From: Bacteroidota bacterium
GTDB lineage: Bacteria; Bacteroidota; Bacteroidia; 2-12-FULL-35-15
Length of the DNA: 64,000 bases
Direction: 5' to 3'
Assembly (NCBI GenBank): GCA_040389865.1
Contig: JAZJZM010000014.1
Span: forward strand, 39,531-103,530
The notes beneath the pieces were generated by a model that saw only the letters and a list, made by a program, of their open reading frames with translations, was not told the DNA's origin and searched no databases. Below are positions 1 through 10,136 of the stretch, in pieces (position 1 is the first letter of the stretch; each line of letters begins with the position of its first letter). The position numbers and the translations under genes are program-made.

Positions 1-6
1 TAATTA

Positions 7-2940
7 ATGCACCTCAATTGTCATACATATTATAGTTTCAAATATGGAACCATGTCGGTATCACAGCTACTGGCAGAGGCTCAGCATAAAGGAATAACAT
101 CTTTTGTATTAACGGATATTAATAATACTTCTGCCTGCTTAGAGTTTATCAGGGAAGCTCCCAAATATGCTATAGCTCCAATTGTAGGCATCGATTTTAG
201 AATTGGTGCGAAACAACACTACATAGGCATTGCAAAAAATAACGAAGGTTTTTTAGAATTAAATCAACACCTTACTTCTTACCTGTCAAACGAAATAATT
301 TTTCAATCGCAGGCGCCTGAATTCCAAAACAGCTATATTATATACCCGTTCAATACTATTCACCCAAAACTATTACGAGAGAATGAATACATAGGCATAC
401 GTATTTCTGATTTAAATAAATTACTTTTTTCGGAACTAAAAAATCATGTTCACAAGCTTGTGATCCTACATCCTGTTACATTCCGGCATAAAAAAGATTT
501 TAGTGCGCACCGTTTATTAAGAGCGATCGATAATAATACGCTTTTAAGCAAACTTCCTTTAACAGAACAAACGGATATAAATGAGATCATGCTTTCAGAG
601 ATGGACTTATGCAAGATCTATGAAATCTATCCTCAATTGATCAGGAATACAAAAAAAATTATTACTGAATGTGAGGTCAGTTTTGAGTTTGGAAAAAGTA
701 AAAATAAAAAAACGTTCACAGGCAGTATCAGCGGAGATGAGTGCCTGATGAAAGAACTATGTTACGAAGGACTTAAATACAGATACCCTGATCCAGGTTC
801 GGCTGTTTACGAACGTTTAGAAAAAGAGTTGGACGCGATCTTTAAAATGAGTTTTTGTTCTTATTTTTTGATCAACTGGGATATTGTAAAGTATGCTCAG
901 CATAAAAATTATTTTTATGTTGGCAGGGGTAGTGGCGCAAATAGCTTAGCCGCTTATTGTTTGAGAATAACAGATGTTGATCCTGTTGACCTTGATCTTT
1001 ATTTCGAACGTTTTATAAATCCATACCGGGTTAATCCTCCCGATTTCGATATTGATTTTTCGTGGAAAGACAGGGATGGTATTATCCAATACATTTTTGA
1101 AAAATATGGCTCAGCTCATACTGCTTTATTAGCAACCTATAGCACCTTCCAATATAACTCGGTGATCAGGGAACTCGGCAAAGTATTTGGATTACCTAAA
1201 GGAGAAATTGATGAATTGGTTGACAATAAAAAATCAAAACAAACGCCTGATAATATCACTCAGCTTATTTTAAAATATAGTCAGCATATCCATGATTTCC
1301 CAAATCATCTAAGTATTCATGCAGGTGGCATTTTAATTTCCGAAAAACCAATCAACTGGTATACCGCTACCAGCATGCCTCCAAAAGGCTTCCCCTTAAC
1401 ACAATTCAGTATGATTGAATCCGAAGACATAGGGCTTTACAAATTTGACATCCTTAGTCAGCGTGGTTTGGGCCATATAAAAGATACTGTTGAAATTGTA
1501 AAAAAAAACAAAGGAATTGATATTGATATTCATAACATCAGTGAGTTTAAAAAAGACGAAAAAATAAAACAGCTGCTGCGTACTGGAAAAACAATGGGTT
1601 GCTTTTATGTGGAATCTCCGGGAATGAGAATGCTTTTAAAAAAACTGGAAACAGATACTTATTTAGGATTGGTTGCAGCAAGCTCTATTATTCGCCCCGG
1701 TGTTGCTCAATCAGGGATGATGCGTGAATATATTTTACGGTTTCGCGATCCTACACGAAGAACATACATTCATCCGAAAATAGGAGAATTGATGAGTGAA
1801 ACGTATGGCATTATGGTATACCAGGAAGATGTCATAAAAGTAGCACACTACTTTGCTGGCCTTACCTTAGCTCAGGCTGATGTGATGCGTAGAGGAATGT
1901 CGGGCAAGTTCAGGGCAAGAGAAGAGTTTCAAAAAGCAAAAGAAGATTTTTTTATTAATTGCAAGAAAAAGGAATACACGGATACTATCACCAACGAAGT
2001 ATGGCGGCAGATAGAGAGCTTTGCAGGATATTCATTTTCCAAAGGACACTCCGCATCCTATGCCGTTGAAAGTTATCAGAGCCTTTATTTAAAAGCATAT
2101 TTTCCAAAAGAATTCATGGTAGCTGTGATCAATAATTTCGGAGGATTTTACAGAACCGAAAATTATATTCATGAAGCAAAGATGTCGGGAGCAAGTGTAT
2201 TAGCACCTTGTGTGAATAGAAGCGAACACCTGACCACGATATATAACGATGATATTTATTTAGGGTTTATTCATTTAGCAGAATTGGAAAAGATAACTGT
2301 TGAGCTATTATTATCAGAGCGGACAGCAAACGGTGATTTCAAAAACCTGGAGAATTTTATTAAACGCGTAAGTATTTCCGTTGAACAACTTAGAATATTA
2401 ATACGTATCGGAGCATTTCGTTTTATCGAAAAATCAAAAAAAGAATTACTATGGGAAATACATAGCATACTTGGAAGTCAGAAAAAAACTATTCCTAAAA
2501 AAGAACTTTTTGAGATCTCTAAAAAGGAATTTCAACTTCCTGAATTACATCATCACCCCTATGATGATGCTTTGGACGAAATTGAAATATTAGGTTTCCC
2601 ATTGTGTTCTCCATTTTCATTGTTAAAAGATCCTGTTAAAAATAATTTGAATGTTCAGGAGTTAATTCAGCATGTAAATGAAACTATTTCTATCGTTGGA
2701 TATTACGTAACGCATAAACTTACAAGAACTGTAAAAGGCCAGGATATGTCATTTGGAACTTTCCTGGATTCGAATGGTTATTTTTTTGACACCACCCATT
2801 TCCCCAATGTACTGGCCAAGTATCCGTTCATTGGTAAAGGATGTTATTTAATAAAAGGCAAAGTTGTGGAAGAATTCGGTTTTCCAAGTATTGAAGTTAA
2901 TTATATGGAAAAATTATCTTTTTTGAATAGAGAGACCTAA
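7..2940 (+). CDS. DNA polymerase III alpha-subunit family protein (PHP domain + pol III alpha core), possibly error-prone DnaE2-type
   Basis: N-terminal PHP motif 'HLNCHTYYSFKYG...SFVLTDINN'. The 977-aa length is shorter than replicative DnaE. The 'GIMVYQEDV' and 'FSKGHSASYA' blocks are typical of pol III alpha. A stop at 1-3 precedes the ATG. Confidence 0.7.
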   Translation: MHLNCHTYYSFKYGTMSVSQLLAEAQHKGITSFVLTDINNTSACLEFIREAPKYAIAPIVGIDFRIGAKQHYIGIAKNNEGFLELNQHLTSYLSNEIIFQSQAPEFQNSYIIYPFNTIHPKLLRENEYIGIRISDLNKLLFSELKNHVHKLVILHPVTFRHKKDFSAHRLLRAIDNNTLLSKLPLTEQTDINEIMLSEMDLCKIYEIYPQLIRNTKKIITECEVSFEFGKSKNKKTFTGSISGDECLMKELCYEGLKYRYPDPGSAVYERLEKELDAIFKMSFCSYFLINWDIVKYAQHKNYFYVGRGSGANSLAAYCLRITDVDPVDLDLYFERFINPYRVNPPDFDIDFSWKDRDGIIQYIFEKYGSAHTALLATYSTFQYNSVIRELGKVFGLPKGEIDELVDNKKSKQTPDNITQLILKYSQHIHDFPNHLSIHAGGILISEKPINWYTATSMPPKGFPLTQFSMIESEDIGLYKFDILSQRGLGHIKDTVEIVKKNKGIDIDIHNISEFKKDEKIKQLLRTGKTMGCFYVESPGMRMLLKKLETDTYLGLVAASSIIRPGVAQSGMMREYILRFRDPTRRTYIHPKIGELMSETYGIMVYQEDVIKVAHYFAGLTLAQADVMRRGMSGKFRAREEFQKAKEDFFINCKKKEYTDTITNEVWRQIESFAGYSFSKGHSASYAVESYQSLYLKAYFPKEFMVAVINNFGGFYRTENYIHEAKMSGASVLAPCVNRSEHLTTIYNDDIYLGFIHLAELEKITVELLLSERTANGDFKNLENFIKRVSISVEQLRILIRIGAFRFIEKSKKELLWEIHSILGSQKKTIPKKELFEISKKEFQLPELHHHPYDDALDEIEILGFPLCSPFSLLKDPVKNNLNVQELIQHVNETISIVGYYVTHKLTRTVKGQDMSFGTFLDSNGYFFDTTHFPNVLAKYPFIGKGCYLIKGKVVEEFGFPSIEVNYMEKLSFLNRET

Positions 2941-3057
2941 ATCAATATTTTACGAAAATTCCAAATCGTTAACACGTCATACGATATTAAAGCATGAATT
3001 TGTGATCAATCATTAATTCCTTTCAGAAAAATTCCTTATACTTTTTATCTTTACACT

Positions 3058-3312
3058 ATGCAAAAAACAATAACCTATCCACAATATCGCAAATACCCTC
3101 ATGAACGAACGTATTTTAAGGTCATTTCTAAAGACGAATGGGAAGAAATTCAAGTGATGGGGAACAAATTCAGCATCCATCAATTTAAAGTTGCCATTTT
3201 ACCGGACCGAAATTATATTTATGATCTCACTTTTGATTATGAAAAAAATTGGGTAAAAATAACAGAGGAAGAATATGAAGCTGTTAAGAAAAAAATGACC
3301 GACATTGTCTGA
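3058..3312 (+). CDS. hypothetical small protein
   Basis: 84-aa ORF with balanced composition, sitting in the convergent gap between the polymerase and dtd. No recognisable motif. Confidence 0.35.
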   Translation: MQKTITYPQYRKYPHERTYFKVISKDEWEEIQVMGNKFSIHQFKVAILPDRNYIYDLTFDYEKNWVKITEEEYEAVKKKMTDIV

Positions 3313-3317
3313 TATAT

Positions 3318-3770
3318 TTACTCCCTGTTTTTTGTATCAATAATAATTGTAACTGGTCCATCATTCAACAATTCAACTTTCATATCGGTTCCAAACTGTC
3401 CTGTTTGTATCGGTTTCCCTAAATCAATTTGCAACTGATCAATTAGGTTTTCGTAAAGAGGAATTGCAATTTCAGGTTTGGATGCTTTGAGGTATGATGG
3501 TCGGTTTCCTTTTTTTGTTGAAGCCTGTAATGTAAATTGAGAAATAAGAAGCAGCTCTGCATCTATATCTTTTAAAGATAAATTCATCACATCTTTTTCA
3601 TCATTAAAGATCCGCAGATTAATAATTTTTGAACTCAACCAGGTAATATCCTCTATCGTATCGGCATCTTCAATACCCACTAAAACAAGCAGTCCCCTGC
3701 CAATGGAACTTTTTAATTTCCCATCGATAGTGACAGAACTTTTAGTAACACGTTGAATTACAACTTTCAT
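3318..3770 (-). CDS. dtd: D-aminoacyl-tRNA deacylase
   Basis: 150 aa, starts 'MKVVIQRV', contains the 'SQFTL' and 'NDGPVT' signature blocks of Dtd. Confidence 0.9.
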   Translation of the reverse strand: MKVVIQRVTKSSVTIDGKLKSSIGRGLLVLVGIEDADTIEDITWLSSKIINLRIFNDEKDVMNLSLKDIDAELLLISQFTLQASTKKGNRPSYLKASKPEIAIPLYENLIDQLQIDLGKPIQTGQFGTDMKVELLNDGPVTIIIDTKNRE

Positions 3771-3791
3771 AAAAATATTTCTGTGGAGGAA

Positions 3792-4721
3792 TTAATGCGG
3801 AGTATCCAGCTCTTCTCCGTTCATTATTCCAATATAACTATTGTATCTCGACTGCGCTATTCTACCTTGTTCAACCGCTTCAATAACGGCACATTTAGGC
3901 TCATTGAGGTGTACACAATTATTAAACTTACATTGATTTTTTAAAGCGCGCATTTCCGGAAAATAATTTGAAATTTCTTCCTTCGACATATTCACCAAAC
4001 CTAATTCTTTTATACCCGGTGTATCAATTATAAATCCACCATAAGCCAATGGATGCATCTCGGCAAAAGTGGTAGTGTGTTTTCCTTTAAAATGGACATC
4101 CGAAATTTCACCAACGGTTAAATCCAGATTAAAATCCATCGCATTTACTAATGTGGATTTACCTACTCCGGAATGCCCTGATACCAATGTGATCTTATCT
4201 TTTGTTAATTCTTTCAACAAATCAACATCCGTTTTTTCTGTAGCAGAAACTTTATAACATTGGTATCCGATCTTCTGATAAACACTTATAAATTCATCCA
4301 ATTCAGTCATCATTTTCGCATCCTTTTCAAACAAATCAATTTTATTAAAAATAATGTTTGTAGGAATCTGGTAAGCTTCAGCCGTTAATAAGAATCTATC
4401 AATAAAACCGGCCGATGTGCGCGGGAATGCAAGTGTTACTATCAGAAATGCCTGATCCATATTTGCAGCAATAATATGCGATTGCTTGGATAAATTTATA
4501 GATTTACGAATGATATAATTTTTGCGGTTTTCTATCGCATGAATCACACCCCGTCCGTCATTTTCCATTTCAAACGCTACCTTATCACCAACAGCAATAG
4601 GATTAGTGGTTTTAATGCCCTGGATACGAAACTTCCCTTTGATGCCGCATTCCACTATTGTTCCGCTTTCGTTTAAAACGGTATACCAGCTACCGGTTGA
4701 TTTTATTACTACGCCTTTCAT
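3792..4721 (-). CDS. rsgA: ribosome small-subunit-dependent GTPase A
   Basis: P-loop 'GHSGVGKSTL', C-terminal zinc-finger 'CKFNNCVHLNEPKCAV', about 310 aa. Confidence 0.85.
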   Translation of the reverse strand: MKGVVIKSTGSWYTVLNESGTIVECGIKGKFRIQGIKTTNPIAVGDKVAFEMENDGRGVIHAIENRKNYIIRKSINLSKQSHIIAANMDQAFLIVTLAFPRTSAGFIDRFLLTAEAYQIPTNIIFNKIDLFEKDAKMMTELDEFISVYQKIGYQCYKVSATEKTDVDLLKELTKDKITLVSGHSGVGKSTLVNAMDFNLDLTVGEISDVHFKGKHTTTFAEMHPLAYGGFIIDTPGIKELGLVNMSKEEISNYFPEMRALKNQCKFNNCVHLNEPKCAVIEAVEQGRIAQSRYNSYIGIMNGEELDTPH

Positions 4722-4976
4722 TTCATTTCTCCCTATCCCCTTTATTATTCATACCAAAGAAATAAATTCATTCCTTCGGAAGGAAAAGGATTTTTTAACG
4801 ATTTTTAGAACATCAAATTTATTAAAAAGAATTAGCTTTGTGTGAACAATTAAAACAATTGAACAATTTTGCCTAGGCAATTTAACAATTGACAAAAAAA
4901 TGAACAGTTGGCAATTGGCAATGAGCAGTTGCCAAACATCGTTTCGTAAATTCGTAATAATTCGTTATCCGTAATC

Positions 4977-5885
4977 ATGTCAATAATAGTAAGCAATATA
5001 ACAAAAACGTATGGTGATCAACGTGCACTGGATAATGTATCCTTTGAGGTACATACAGGTGAAGTTGTTGGTTTTCTGGGCCCTAACGGTGCCGGGAAAT
5101 CTACCATGATGAAAATTTTAACCTGTTTTATCCCACAAACCTCAGGCGAAGCTTCTGTTTGCGGTTATGATGTGGCAGAAAACAGTCTGGAAGTACGAAA
5201 AAATGTAGGTTATCTTCCGGAGCACAATCCTCTTTATCTGGATATGTACGTAAAAGAATATCTCGAATTTATTTCGGGTTTACATCATTTAAAAAATGTG
5301 AAATCACGTATTTCCGAAATGATTGAAATGACCGGCTTACAAATTGAACAAAAAAAGAAGATCGGTGCACTTTCAAAAGGCTATCGCCAACGTGTAGGGC
5401 TTGCACAAGCCTTAATTCATGACCCCAAAGTATTAATACTGGATGAACCTACAACAGGTTTAGATCCAAATCAGTTAGCCGAAATACGCAACCTGATCAT
5501 TGAAATAGGAAAACAAAAAACGATACTTCTTTCCACACATATCATGCAGGAAGTAGAAGCGGTTTGTAATCGCGTGATCATAGTTAACAATGGAAAAATT
5601 GTTGCTAATGACATTACTTCCGTTTTACAAAATTCACAATCCAACAACACACAATATATCACCGTGGAGTTTGATAAAGAAACATCATTGATCACCTTGA
5701 AAAATATTGAAGGAATATTTGATGCTAAAAATATAAAAGGAAACATCTGGCAAATTGAAGCACGAACTGAAAAAGATATCCGCACTGATATTTTTCAATT
5801 TGCTGTAAAAAACGGAATGGCTGTACTTACACTTCACAAAGAGGAGCAGCGGTTAGAAGATGTTTTTAAACAATTAACAAAATAA
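4977..5885 (+). CDS. ABC transporter ATP-binding protein
   Basis: Walker A 'GPNGAGKST', ABC signature 'LSKGYRQRV', Walker B 'ILDEPTTGLD'. GldA-like size (302 aa), but no gldF/gldG partner is visible. Confidence 0.85.
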   Translation: MSIIVSNITKTYGDQRALDNVSFEVHTGEVVGFLGPNGAGKSTMMKILTCFIPQTSGEASVCGYDVAENSLEVRKNVGYLPEHNPLYLDMYVKEYLEFISGLHHLKNVKSRISEMIEMTGLQIEQKKKIGALSKGYRQRVGLAQALIHDPKVLILDEPTTGLDPNQLAEIRNLIIEIGKQKTILLSTHIMQEVEAVCNRVIIVNNGKIVANDITSVLQNSQSNNTQYITVEFDKETSLITLKNIEGIFDAKNIKGNIWQIEARTEKDIRTDIFQFAVKNGMAVLTLHKEEQRLEDVFKQLTK

Positions 5886-5943
5886 CCCCTCACCCCACCC
5901 TTCGGGCACCCCTCTCCAATTGGAGAGGGGAAGGGGGTGAGGT
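5886..5943. terminator. GC-rich nested inverted repeat downstream of the ABC gene (putative terminator)
   Basis: 'cctcacccc...cccctctccaattggagagggg...ggggtgagg' forms a nested perfect hairpin. No clean U-tract follows on the + strand. Confidence 0.4.
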
Positions 5944-6035
5944 AAAAAACAATCATTAGCCAATAAACGTAAAATGGGGATGAAAATTTATAATCTATGT
6001 AATCTATTTTAAAAATCTGTGTAATCATTTTTCAA

Positions 6036-8087
6036 ATGAAAAAAATCCTAATCCTACTTACAACACCGGCAATTCTTCTTTTTGCCTGCAACAACTCAAC
6101 AAAAAAATCAGAAGCCACAATTGATCTATCTGACCCAATTGCAGAACATATTGATTCTTCTTTTACTCCGGGTCAAAATTTCTTTTTGTTTGCAAACAAT
6201 AATTGGTTTAAACAAAATCCAATTCCTTCATCAGAAAAAAGCAACGGGATTTTCCGAACCATACAGGATACTATCAATGAATCGATCCGCAAGATATGTG
6301 AATCGTCAGTTTCTGATACTCAATTAAAAAAGGGAAGCAACAAACAAAAAATCGGTGATTTCTATTTTTCCGGAATGGATACGGTAACCATTGAAAAGGC
6401 CGGCTATTCGGGCTTAAATGAAGAATTCATTAAAATTGATGCTGTAAAAAATATTCCGGAATTACTTGGAGCTGTTGCTCACCTGCAAACGCTAGACGTT
6501 TCATCAATGTTTTCATTTGGAATAAGTCCGGATGAAAAAAACAGCTCCAAGAATGCTGTTTACATTGCACAAGCCAATTTAGGTTTGCCCGAACGTGATT
6601 ATTATTTTAATACAGATTCCCGTACAAGTGATATCCGCAAGGAGTATGCGAAACATATAAAATCAATGTTCCGGTTAATAGGTACGGATGAAAAAACTTC
6701 TTCGGCAAATAGCGAAAGTATTATTAAGCTGGAAACAGCTATTGCCAAAGCCAGTAGAAAAATGGAAGACTTACGTGATCCATATAAAAACTACAATAAA
6801 ATGTCAATTTCGGAAGTCAACAAATTAACGCCATCTATCCAATGGCCTGAAATTATGACTGGTTTAGGTTTAAAAAACGTGGATACAATTATAGTTGGAC
6901 AGCCTGAATTTTTTACTGCTTTGGAAACAGATCTAAAAAAAATAAATATTGCCGATTGGAAACTCTATTTAAAATGGACATTATTAAACGACTATGCTGC
7001 TTGTTTAAACAAAAAAATTGAAGACGAACATTTCTATTTTTATTCAACAGTACTTGAAGGCGTAAAAGAACAAAAAACACGTTTAAAAAAGATCGTTGAA
7101 AGCACAGACGCTGCACTTGGCGAGCTGATCGGACAAGTTTATGTAGATGAGTATTTACCGAAAGGCACCAAAGAAAAATTACTGGAAATAGGCAACAATA
7201 TCCGTGATGTATATGCCGATCATATCAAGGCGTTGGATTGGATGACGGATGCTACTAAACAAAAAGCATTAAGTAAATTGAGTAAAATAAATATGAAAGT
7301 AGGTTATCCTGATAAATGGAAAGATATGTCCAACTTGGAGATTGATAGGAGCAGTTATGTTCAAAACACAATAAATGTAAGTAAATGGGAGTATAATTTT
7401 ATGATCAATAAATACGGCAAACCTGTTGATCGTAACGAATGGAATATGTCTCCGCAAACATACAATGCCTATTACAGCCCCACAAACAATGAAATTGTGG
7501 TTCCTGCATGCAATATCATTGTTCCTGGATTTGAAGGCCGGATGCCTGATGATGCTGTATTATATGGCATTGTAGGCGGCTCCACATTCGGGCATGAAAT
7601 CACGCACGGCTTTGATGACCAGGGAAGTTTGTATGATGAAAAAGGAAACCTAAAAGACTGGTGGACAAAAGAAGACCGTGAAAAATTTGTTGTTAAAACA
7701 AAATTAATAGTTCAGCAGTTCAATGATTATAAGGTGCTTGACAATATACACGTAAAAGGAGAAAATTCACAAGGTGAAAACATTGCAGATCTTGGTGGTG
7801 TAATTATGGGTTATGAAGCATTCAAAAAAACAAAGCAAGGTCAATCTACAGAAAAGATGCATGGACATACCCCCGATCAGCGCTACTTTTTGTCCTATGC
7901 CTATGCCTGGATGGTGAACCGCACCGATGCATCATTAGCAAAACAAATAATGAGCGATGTACACTCCCCTGCTGAGTTTCGCATCAACGGCCCCCTTTCC
8001 GATATTGATGAATTTTACCAGGCTTTTAATATAATTAAGAGTGATGCAATGTATCGTGATGAAAATATCAGAGTTAAGATATGGTAG
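6036..8087 (+). CDS. M13-family zinc metallopeptidase (neprilysin/PepO-like), lipoprotein
   Basis: Lipobox 'LLFACNNS', zinc motif 'HEITHGFDDQG' and 'ENIADLGG' typical of M13 peptidases. 683 aa. Confidence 0.85.
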   Translation: MKKILILLTTPAILLFACNNSTKKSEATIDLSDPIAEHIDSSFTPGQNFFLFANNNWFKQNPIPSSEKSNGIFRTIQDTINESIRKICESSVSDTQLKKGSNKQKIGDFYFSGMDTVTIEKAGYSGLNEEFIKIDAVKNIPELLGAVAHLQTLDVSSMFSFGISPDEKNSSKNAVYIAQANLGLPERDYYFNTDSRTSDIRKEYAKHIKSMFRLIGTDEKTSSANSESIIKLETAIAKASRKMEDLRDPYKNYNKMSISEVNKLTPSIQWPEIMTGLGLKNVDTIIVGQPEFFTALETDLKKINIADWKLYLKWTLLNDYAACLNKKIEDEHFYFYSTVLEGVKEQKTRLKKIVESTDAALGELIGQVYVDEYLPKGTKEKLLEIGNNIRDVYADHIKALDWMTDATKQKALSKLSKINMKVGYPDKWKDMSNLEIDRSSYVQNTINVSKWEYNFMINKYGKPVDRNEWNMSPQTYNAYYSPTNNEIVVPACNIIVPGFEGRMPDDAVLYGIVGGSTFGHEITHGFDDQGSLYDEKGNLKDWWTKEDREKFVVKTKLIVQQFNDYKVLDNIHVKGENSQGENIADLGGVIMGYEAFKKTKQGQSTEKMHGHTPDQRYFLSYAYAWMVNRTDASLAKQIMSDVHSPAEFRINGPLSDIDEFYQAFNIIKSDAMYRDENIRVKIW

Positions 8088-8094
8088 TTTTCTA

Positions 8095-8225
8095 AAGAAT
8101 TAGAGAAATAGAGAATTGGAGAGTTGGAGAATTGGAAAGGTTACAAAATCGAAAATTGAACTTTAAACAAAAGACTATATCTCTAATTCAATAAATCACT
8201 AAACTCCATTTCTCTATTTCACTAA
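8095..8225. repeat. imperfect palindromic array built from 'agagaattggagagttgg' units with an inverted partner
   Basis: Forward 'agaattagagaaatagagaattggagagttggagaattgg', then inverted 'tctctaattc...atttctctatttc...aatctctattt'. The same unit recurs at 61542-61600. Confidence 0.5.
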
Positions 8226-8242
8226 ATCTCTATTTTTTTATA

Positions 8243-9421
8243 ATGTTAACACAACGCCAGCTTTTTTTTAATCATCTTGCTCAAACAAGTGAAACACCTT
8301 TAGCTTTAGAAATTGAAAAGGCGGAAGGCATCTATTTAATTGATGTTTCCGGAAAACGGTATATTGATTTAATTTCGGGCATTTCCGTTAGCAATGTAGG
8401 GCATCGTCATCCGAAGGTGTTAGCTGCTATTCAAAATCAATTGGATAAATACATGCACCTGATGGTGTATGGCGAATTTATTCAAAGTCCTCAAGTACAA
8501 CTTGCCAAACTTTTATCAGACCACCTTCCTGAAAATTTAAGTTCAGTTTATTTTGTTAATTCGGGCAGCGAAGCAATAGAAGGAGCAATGAAACTGGCTA
8601 AACGTTTTACCGGCCGAACAGAGATCATATCTTTCAAAAATGCATATCACGGCAGTACGCATGGTAGTTTAAGTATAATGGGTAATGAAGAATTTAAAAA
8701 TGCATTCCGCCCCCTGTTACCGGATATCCGGCAAATTGAATACAATAATATAAGTGACTTAAAACAAATAACAACTAATACTGCAGCTGTTATAATAGAA
8801 ACAATTCAAGGCGAAGCCGGTGCTATTATTCCACAAAATGATTTTTTAAAAATTCTTAAAAAACGCTGTGACGAAGTGGGAGCAATGCTTGTAACCGATG
8901 AAATACAATGTGGATTTGGGAGAACAGGAAAACTATTTGCTTTTGAACATTATGATTTCATTCCTGATATACTTTGTTTAGCAAAAGGAATGGGTGGCGG
9001 AATGCCTGTTGGAGCCTTCATTTCCTCTAAAGAGATCATGCATTCGCTCACCAACAACCCGCATCTGGGACACATTACCACATTTGGAGGACATCCGGTT
9101 TCTTGCGCTGCAAGCGCAGCTACATTAACTGTTTTGATGGAAGAAAAATTAATTGAGCAGGTCGAAAACAAAGAAAAATTATTTCGCAGCTTATTAAAAC
9201 ATTCCCGAATAAAATCAATAAACGGTAAAGGATTACTGCTTGCTATAGAGTTCGAAAGCTATGAACAAAACAAAAAAATAATTGATAAGTGTATTGAAAA
9301 AGGTGTAATTACGGATTGGTTCTTATTTAATTCACATTCCATGCGTATTGCACCGCCTCTCACTATTACCGAAGAAGAAATCACAAATGCTTGTGAAATT
9401 ATTTTGGACTGTATTGGTTAA
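8243..9421 (+). CDS. class-III (PLP-dependent) aminotransferase, acetylornithine/ornithine aminotransferase-like
   Basis: 'TDEIQCGFGRTG' and 'LAKGMGGGMPVGA' class-III motifs. 392 aa. Confidence 0.8.
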   Translation: MLTQRQLFFNHLAQTSETPLALEIEKAEGIYLIDVSGKRYIDLISGISVSNVGHRHPKVLAAIQNQLDKYMHLMVYGEFIQSPQVQLAKLLSDHLPENLSSVYFVNSGSEAIEGAMKLAKRFTGRTEIISFKNAYHGSTHGSLSIMGNEEFKNAFRPLLPDIRQIEYNNISDLKQITTNTAAVIIETIQGEAGAIIPQNDFLKILKKRCDEVGAMLVTDEIQCGFGRTGKLFAFEHYDFIPDILCLAKGMGGGMPVGAFISSKEIMHSLTNNPHLGHITTFGGHPVSCAASAATLTVLMEEKLIEQVENKEKLFRSLLKHSRIKSINGKGLLLAIEFESYEQNKKIIDKCIEKGVITDWFLFNSHSMRIAPPLTITEEEITNACEIILDCIG

Positions 9422-9473
9422 GAGTAAGGAACAAAAAAAAATTACGAAAAGGTATTTGCCATTTTTAATTTGT

Positions 9474-9732
9474 GCCGTTTCGAGGGCAAACGCATTTAAA
9501 AATTTTTAATTTTTTTAGGCTTTTAGACAAAGAGCCGTAGGCTCTGTTTATTTTATAAGGATGGACTTTAGTCCATCCACTAAAGTAAGACCGACATACT
9601 TAAAGAGTCGTAGGCTCGGTTCATATAATTACAATATCATTCGCTCCGGAGTTTATCCTGACGAAGGAAGGGGAACTCTGTATTTGAAAATATTGAGCAT
9701 TGCTAAATTTAGATGCGTTTGCCCTAGTTTCG
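9474..9732. repeat. about 260-bp hairpin-rich intergenic element bounded by 11-bp inverted repeats (MITE/sRNA-like)
   Basis: 'agggcaaacgc' at 9483-9493 and 'gcgtttgccct' at 9715-9725 enclose three hairpins: 'caaagagccgtaggctctgttt', 'gatggactttagtccatc / actttagtccatccactaaagt', and 'gagtcgtaggctcgg'. Confidence 0.3.
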
Positions 9733-9763
9733 TAAATTACTGATCATTCGTAATTCGTAACTA

Positions 9764-10123
9764 TTAGTAATTCCCGATCGACAACATCACCAATGTACAT
9801 CCCACAATAGTTTCAATTTTATTCTGTTTTAGCAATTGTTCAAACTCGGGATTTTCTGTTCCCGGATTAAAGATCACGCGCTTAGGCTTTAAACCAATGA
9901 TATATTCAAACCAGAACGGTTGATTTTTGGGCCCTACATAAAGCGTTATTGTGTCAACATTATCTATATCCACTTTCTCCTTAAGGATCTTTAATCCGTT
10001 AATTTCGCCATCATGAATACCAACAGGTATTACTTCATGATTGCGTCTTTGCAAGGCTATTGTGGCTTTATAGGCATACCTGTTTGGATTATCGGAAGCT
10101 CCTATTACAACAGTTTTTTTCAT
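9764..10123 (-). CDS. CoA-binding domain protein
   Basis: 119 aa, 'VIGASDNPNRYAYKA' N-terminal CoA-binding (YccU-like) pattern. Confidence 0.75.
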   Translation of the reverse strand: MKKTVVIGASDNPNRYAYKATIALQRRNHEVIPVGIHDGEINGLKILKEKVDIDNVDTITLYVGPKNQPFWFEYIIGLKPKRVIFNPGTENPEFEQLLKQNKIETIVGCTLVMLSIGNY

Positions 10124-10136
10124 CTGAAATTAGTCA

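Noticed and set aside
4977-5885. Calling the ABC ATPase gldA
   Set aside because: Size and family fit, but no gldF/gldG permease genes are adjacent and the sequence alone cannot distinguish it from other ABC-2 ATPases.
5834-6028. 64-aa minus-strand ORF over the GC-rich hairpin
   Set aside because: It is generated by the palindromic terminator-like sequence and has no coding signal.
9561-9743. 60-aa ORF inside the hairpin-rich element
   Set aside because: It spans the palindromic hairpins, has odd composition and no start context. It is more likely non-coding.
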